64,000 nucleotides of DNA. It comes from Eledone cirrhosa. Its lineage: Eukaryota. The position numbers were made by a program, and so were the translations under genes. The notes under the pieces are model-generated. The model did no database searches. It saw only the letters and a program-made list of their open reading frames with translations, and was not told where the DNA came from. Position 1 is the stretch's first letter. Every line of letters begins with the position of its first letter. This document shows, one piece after another, positions 57,206 to 64,000 of the stretch. The stretch lies in NCBI GenBank assembly GCA_964016885.1, contig OZ024742.1, forward strand, positions 310,000,001 through 310,064,000, in the 5' to 3' direction.

Positions 57206-57212
<7 letters not shown>
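56141..57212 (-). mobile_element. Retrozyme-like element: 1.4 units of 652 bp plus inverted arm; degenerate HHR at 56519-56596
   Basis: Units at 56141 and 56793; inverted arm 57083-57212; ACTTC-CTAAATA-GTCCG..CGGAC-GAAA-CCATGG-TA-GGGGT. Confidence 0.7.
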
Positions 57213-57291
<79 letters not shown>

Positions 57292-57333
57292 TCTCTATTC
57301 CCTTTTTTCTCTCTTCACATATATACATACATA

Positions 57334-57412
<79 letters not shown>

Positions 57413-57561
57413 ATATATATGTATGTATGCATATATATATACATATATATGTATATATATATATATAAATATATTTAATAGGTGGACCAGAAGTGTCCTT
57501 TCCTGGCTTCAAGACTATTTGTAGGAGCGGAGGTGTGAGAAACACGAAGAGATTTCATTTT

Positions 57562-57600
<39 letters not shown>

Positions 57601-58382
57601 CAGTAGTAATAGTAGTAGTAGTAATTTATATTATCGTCGGCTGTGGTGTTAAAAGGACGGGGTGCGGTTGGCTTTGCATGTTTTGTGAAGAGGGATTGAA
57701 AACTTAGGGGCTGGTGGTGACAGCAACCAACGGAAAAAAACAATCAGTTACATGTTGAGAGAGAGAGAACGAGAGAGAGAGAGGGTGGTGGTGGGATGGG
57801 GGTGGTTGATCGGACATTTAGAGGAGTGAGGAAGAGAGGGAGGAGAGAGATGGGGAGAGAGGGTGAGTGGAAATGTGGTTTGGTTGCGGCGTAGTGTAAT
57901 AGAGCGTGGGAGTCATGGACATTGAGGATTGGTTGGTCACATGAACACTAGTAGATGAAGGAGGAGGTTAGTGTTTATTTGAGTAGATATAAGAGAGCAG
58001 CGGTATTTGTTCCGGGACCCTGCTTTCCGAGTTCAAATCCTTCACATAGTTATTGATATATTTATTACTGAATTATGCTTCCATAATTTTTGTATTGTTT
58101 TTCCGAATATATTTTATTAATATTAATTTTATAATATTTATGATTTTAATTAATAAGTGTTATTTAACTTATATGCTCTCTAGTTGTGATAAATTTTAAT
58201 TGTGTATTTACGCCTCCATAAAATATAAAGATTTTTTTCAACAATATTTGAATTGTTTATACTTTGCTGACTTCTATGATAATCTTATAGCCTAGTAGTT
58301 GTAAATATTGTTGATAGTTAATACATTCTGAAAAGATTATTATAACAGGAATGAATATTCCAGTTATACTAACAACTTCTAC

Positions 58383-58423
<41 letters not shown>

Positions 58424-58514
58424 CGAAGGAAAAGTGGTAAGGAACCAGGTGGACCATAACGCACCAAAGTACTCAATACTTGAGGTAATAGAGTGGGTAA
58501 TAGGAACCAGTAAG

Positions 58515-58608
58515 ACCCCGACAGCTGAGCTCAAGCCGTTTCGACGGCTAATTCTGGACTAAATGAAAATTTATCCTGGTATTTAAATAGCCGATCTTCT
58601 CAAGGGGT
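58515..58608 (-). ncRNA. Type I hammerhead ribozyme, U3:A8 variant, GUC site
   Basis: ACCCC-TTGAGAA-GAtCGGCTA..TAGCCGTC-GAAA-CGGC(ttgagctca)GCTG-TC-GGGGT. Confidence 0.8.
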
Positions 58609-59719
58609 AATTCCATATATGGTCAAAGTGATTGTCAAAAATCAGTAGTAATTCTGTGGTTGCAAATTAGTAGGGGAGATGGTGGCTAAACCTGCCAGTA
58701 GGAGAAAGAGGGGAGGGGGTGGAGTAGACCCAATCAAGCGTTGGTAGTGCCAGCTACAGCTGGGCATGAGGTCAAAGAAGATACAGGGGAGGGGGAGGGG
58801 GAGGAAATCGGAACGGTAGGTAGAACAATGGGGGGTAGAAATATCTAGGAAAGAAAAAATACTGAGAGAGAAGAGAAGCAAATAAGTGTAAAGAAAAAAG
58901 TAAAGTAAATTAAATTCTACGACCTAGGTGTCAGGCTATTGTTAGGCTAGAATAAAATAAAGAAAGAAAGAAAGAAGTAAATAAATAAATAAATAAATAA
59001 ATAACGAAATAAGTAAAAGAACTAGGTGGGACGGATAGGCAAGGACCCTTTTAAGAGGTATAAGTACGTAAATGATACGGTGACGGGTCAACAAAAGGGG
59101 CCAAAATACTAAAGAGACTACCACGAAATAAACAATAAAGGTTTCCATCCCGGGCCAGCAACGACCCAGTGCAGCAAAGTGAACTTGTACGAGATAATAA
59201 TTCTGAGTCCCGAGAAAAATATATACTAATGCTAACTCTAAAAGATCTAAAACAAGCTACAAGAAAGTTCGTACGAAATAAAGGTAGAATACGGAGAAAT
59301 AAATTCAGAATCCACCCCGCCCAGAAGAAAAGCGAAGCAAGAAATACTGAAACGAAAAAATAAGGCATAAGTGCCACTAAGAAATATAGAGGGCACAGAG
59401 AATAGTGGGAGCGGTCGGAAAAAGGGGGCAAGTATCCGGGGTCTAAGCCAACTGCTATAAAGGGCGGAGTCCGCCAAATCTATCATAGACTAGGGGAGGG
59501 GGTGGTGGGGGTACTGAGGCTACATGGGGCTAAAGGGCAGCCTCGGGTGGGCGAGAAAAGAAGCTGACAAAGGAGAAGAGCTGGGGTAGAAGGACAAAGG
59601 AGAGAGGGGGGAAGGAAATAAAGGAAGCGATAAAAGAATACAAAGAAGATCTTACGTCTTCCTTGGCAAGCAGGGGTTACCCATTGCAAAATCGGCAAGT
59701 GGGGTGTTATAGCCCTAGT

Positions 59720-60890
59720 CTACCCCCCCGGGTCATTATGGGGTTTGAGGGCGAGGTAAGTCCTACGCAATCTATGTTTACATGCAGTAACCAGTTCATC
59801 TTTCTTGTTTAGGAGTTGGTCCGTCGAAAACAGCATTTGTAAAGTTTCCTCCGAGCATAAATTGCACGGACGGCGTCCTCCCGTGTAAGAATTGGCTCTG
59901 GACAGTAATCTCCAAGTGAGATCATAGGTGATGTTGTTGTCCTTGAGGTCCCATATGTGGCCCGAAAGTGTAGTGGCGTGACGCCGGGCCGGGTTTCGGA
60001 AGGTATGTCTATGTTGGTATAGCCGGGTCTTGAAGTCACATGCGGTAAGTCCTATATAGGCTTTGTTGGAGGTATCCGTCCTCACGTTGCACTGGTAGAT
60101 CACATTACGGTCTCTGCATCTATTGTCGAGTGGGCAAATAGATCTATCCGGGCAGTTACACCTCCTGGTCGGTTCTCCACTGCTATTTAGGTTATTTCTG
60201 CCATCGGGGTTGAGTTTTTTGTTGTTAGAGGAGACGATGTTTTGTGCGAAGTTTGGTGTAGTGCTGTAAGAGAGTTTGATGGTATTTTTGTTAATTATGT
60301 TGTGGTAGCGGTGTTGTAATGGGAAGTGTTTTTCAATGAGCCTAAAGAATAGTTTCCCGATGGGAGTAGTCACCTCTGCGTTGTGGGGAGGATTGAACCA
60401 TGTTACATTGCGTGAGCGGCGGTGTCTCCTGCTGGTTCCGCTAATGGGAGCTGGACAGTAGGATATTTCCTCCCGGAAACCACTCCGCTTGAGGGCCTGG
60501 TTGTAATAAGGCGCATGTTCATCGAATATCCGCTCATTAGCTGACAAACGGGATATGCGAGGGAGATGTTTTTGACCAGGTTGTTTGTGATGTTCCTAGG
60601 ATGGTTTGATCGGCGGTGGATGTAGTGCAGATTGTCATTAGGTTTCCTGTATGGGTAGTACAGGTCGTTTTCGAGGTCGAGGGTCACGTCCAGGAAGTTT
60701 ACTCGGGTCAGGGACGTTTGTAGGGTTATTTTAAATCCCCAGTCGCGGAAGAATCTGATTAATTGTTTCCGGACCCGATCTGTACTACTGGGGTTGTACC
60801 CTTTAAGGGTAAGGAGCCCATCATCACGGTACAATCCACCACCGAATGCAGGAAACATATCAGTGAGTTTGGCTATTAGGAATAATCCTA
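59720..60890 (-). pseudogene. PLE RT C-terminus plus GIY-YIG endonuclease, one frameshift at ~60550
   Basis: LYRDDGL, NFLDVTLDL, YRKPND, WFNPP, CNCx5CPL, VIYQC..YIGLT, CNLC. Confidence 0.9.
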
Positions 60891-61241
60891 TATTTTATTC
60901 TAGCCTAACAATAGCCTGACACCTAGGTCGTAGAATTTAATTTACTTTACTTTTTTCTTTACACTTATTTGCTTCTCTTCTCTCTCAGTATTTTTTCTTT
61001 CCTAGATATTTCTACCCCCCATTGTTCTACCTACCGTTCCGATTTCCTCCCCCTCCCCCTCCCCTGTATCTTCTTTGACCTCATGCCCAGCTGTAGCTGG
61101 CACTACCAACGCTTGATTGGGTCTACTCCACCCCCTCCCCTCTTTCTCCTACTGGCAGGTTTAGCCACCATCTCCCCTACTAATTTGCAACCACAGAATT
61201 ACTACTGATTTTTGACAATCACTTTGACCATATATGGAATT

Positions 61242-61335
61242 ACCCCTTGAGAAGATCGGCTATTTAAATACCAGGATAAATTTTCATTTAGTCCAGAATT
61301 AGCCGTCGAAACGGCTTGAGCTCAGCTGTCGGGGT
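61242..61335 (+). ncRNA. Inverted-pLTR copy of the same hammerhead
   Basis: Reverse complement of 58515-58608. Confidence 0.8.
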
Positions 61336-61345
61336 CTTACTGGTT

Positions 61346-61416
<71 letters not shown>

Positions 61417-61449
61417 AAATCCAAATTCAATAAACAGACCAGGATTTTT

Positions 61450-61505
61450 TCATTCTGAGGATTGAAAGCAAAATCTTTTGCTTTTAAGAAACCACTGGAA
61501 AATGG
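61450..61505 (+). ncRNA. Hammerhead homolog of 13723-13778; cleavage-site U mutated
   Basis: TCATT-CTGAGGA-TTGAAAGCAAAA..TTTTGCTTTTAA-GAAA-CCACTGG-AA-AATGG. Confidence 0.6.
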
Positions 61506-61599
61506 AATAATTGCCTTATGTTGTTTATTACATAACTATTAAGCTCTGTTACCTACATAGAGCACTCTTTTTTCCTGGACTTTTCCTACGGAATTACTT

Positions 61600-61698
<99 letters not shown>

Positions 61699-61893
61699 CC
61701 TGATTAGTTCTATCGTTCCTTTGGTATATATTGTGTGTTAGTTTAGCCTACCACAATGTTCGATTTGTCAAGCTACTTAAACGTATGTTATAACTCTGAG
61801 ACCTATCTCATCGAGTGCTTTGCTAACTCATCACTTCATATAAGTAGGCCGAATTACCTGCAAACCGCCAGAGATTCGATTTTACTGATTTCC

Positions 61894-61964
<71 letters not shown>

Positions 61965-62057
61965 GTAGAAGTTGTTTTGGTAAAAACAGGAGTAAGCAGA
62001 AGAAAGCTCTCTATATTCGTAGCTTGTAGTTACGATAGAGATACAGTATAATAATGA

Positions 62058-62110
<53 letters not shown>

Positions 62111-62984
62111 TAAATTAACGAGAATCGTATTTCGGCTTTGGAATTAGCGAAAAACAACTTCCGAGTTGTGTGGCAAGCGCTCAATAATTCTGACGAACAG
62201 AGCTACAACATACGTTAAAGGCCAAACACACTGAGACGATGGTTAAACCATCATCCGCACAACCATAGAAACGACCAAGTAATTCGGGTCAAACAAATAA
62301 AAAGTATGTGATTGAAAAATTTTCCCGGACCCTGGATGGTTGGTAAATCCAGCATTTGGGTTTCTGCGACTCCTAAATCAAGTACTGTCCGCTTAGACAA
62401 ATAGTGTTAGGCTTCTGGTAAGATGATTGAACAAGGAAGTCACTTTCTCAACAGGTTTTAGTTCAAGTGCCAGGCAAAGGAATGACCGTTACCGATACCC
62501 ACGTGGGGCTCGACAAGGGAAGCAACCCTTATTTCTGGCGGATGAAATTCAGTATGTGTATATTATTGCAAAAATGCAAAATATCACAAAACGAATTAAG
62601 CTCTCAACAGAATGGTTATAAGTTAACAAAAGCTATTCATCAGTTATATATATATATATATATAAGGCGCATGGTTTTGTGGTTAGGGAATTCGTATGGT
62701 CGCGAGTTCGATTCGCGGCAGCGCGTTGTGTCCTTGAGCATACACGTTATTTCACTCAGCTGGCAAATACGAGTAGTACCTGTAATTGAAAGGGTCAGCC
62801 TTGTCACAAACTGTGTTACGCCGAATCCCCCTGAGAACTAGGTTAAGGATATGAATGTTTCTGGAATGCTGAGTCACTTGCACGTTAATTTCCCGAGCAG
62901 GCTGTTCCGTTGATCGTATCAACTGGAATATTCACCGTTGTAACCGAAGAAGTGCTTTTCCTTCCTTAATATATATATATATTA

Positions 62985-63092
<108 letters not shown>

Positions 63093-63470
63093 TTTATTTC
63101 ACGTTGCTCCTTCTACCTGGAGTTGCGACCGATAGATAGTATTAGCAATTGGAAAGACCAACGGAAACATTGTTCCCTCGGTCCGATTTAACGAAAGTCG
63201 ATCGTTCCTTTATATATATATATATATAAGCAGAAGGGATATTCAATTTGTTGGTAATTCAACAAATATAGATGTTTATAACTGATTCAGAGGACTCGAC
63301 AAGTTTTCTGGAGTATAATATACAATGATATTAAATACATGGAAAACTAAGTTTATAAAACCATATTTATTCTATTATATATATTTCAAGGGTAGCAAAA
63401 TTTTGATACGCTATCATCAGATAACATACAAAGTTTGTTTTATAAATTTAGTCTTCCATTTATTTAATAT

Positions 63471-63538
<68 letters not shown>

Positions 63539-63841
63539 TAAAAGATCAGAGGCTATATTCAGTTGGTTCAGGTTTATCTAAAACTCCGCTATACATATCT
63601 CACTGAGGACTCAGTTATGATAACTCTTCAGATAACTCTTAGTGGCGCCAGAATGAGACGAACGTCTGTTTACAAGAAACAGCAGTCAAAACATTCCGAA
63701 AAAACTCAACAAAAGATATGGAGTTCAGCATAAAGCAATATTATCGCGGTTTTAAAAAAAAAAACCGGATTAGTCACAAATAATATATATATATAATATA
63801 CATATATATATTTCTATATATATATATACCTATATATATAT

Positions 63842-64000
63842 ATAACAAAGAAAGTGTGGTAAGAAACCAGGTGGACAATAATGCACCAGAGTACTCGATA
63901 CTTAAGGTAGTAGAGTGGGTAATAGAAAAAGTGTCAGGAGTCCGATATTTGAGCTCCGGCCGTTTCGACAGCTAGATCCGACTGGCCTAGTTCAGATCTA
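63842..64000 (-). mobile_element. Diverged pLTR 3' end of the Naiad-like family, running off the window
   Basis: Similar to 58421-58550. Confidence 0.75.

Larger units (their letters stand above)
58421..61350 (-). mobile_element. Young 5'-truncated Penelope-like element (Naiad-like) with 460-bp inverted pLTR and ~80-nt 3' extension
   Basis: 58500-58959 is the reverse complement of 60891-61350; (TA)n flanks. Confidence 0.92.

Noticed and set aside
58642-61208. Identical 79-aa ORFs on opposite strands
   Set aside because: Consequence of the inverted pLTR; not coding

Overview
AT-rich eukaryotic, repeat-saturated DNA with no recognisable host protein-coding exon. The SINE families, (TA)n/(CA)n density and LINE content suggest an octopod cephalopod (inference). 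The protein-coding content is all transposon-derived: three lineages of Penelope-like elements (PLEs; RT + GIY-YIG), two head-to-tail Tx1/L1-like LINEs and RTE fragments. There is also a 3-copy Helitron array, hAT and Tc1-like MITEs and many tRNA-derived SINEs. The main hidden signal is RNA structure. The short 'unique' islands between (TA)n tracts are mostly PLE-type terminal repeats or retrozyme-like units. By manual reading they carry about 20 type I hammerhead ribozyme (HHR) motifs from about 12 unrelated families, including U3:A8, GCAA and GAUA core variants and a 528-bp tandem HHR array. One family with the same insertion architecture has no HHR but a conserved, covarying kink-turn/pseudoknot motif; it is a candidate new structured RNA. 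All structures were read by eye and none were computed.
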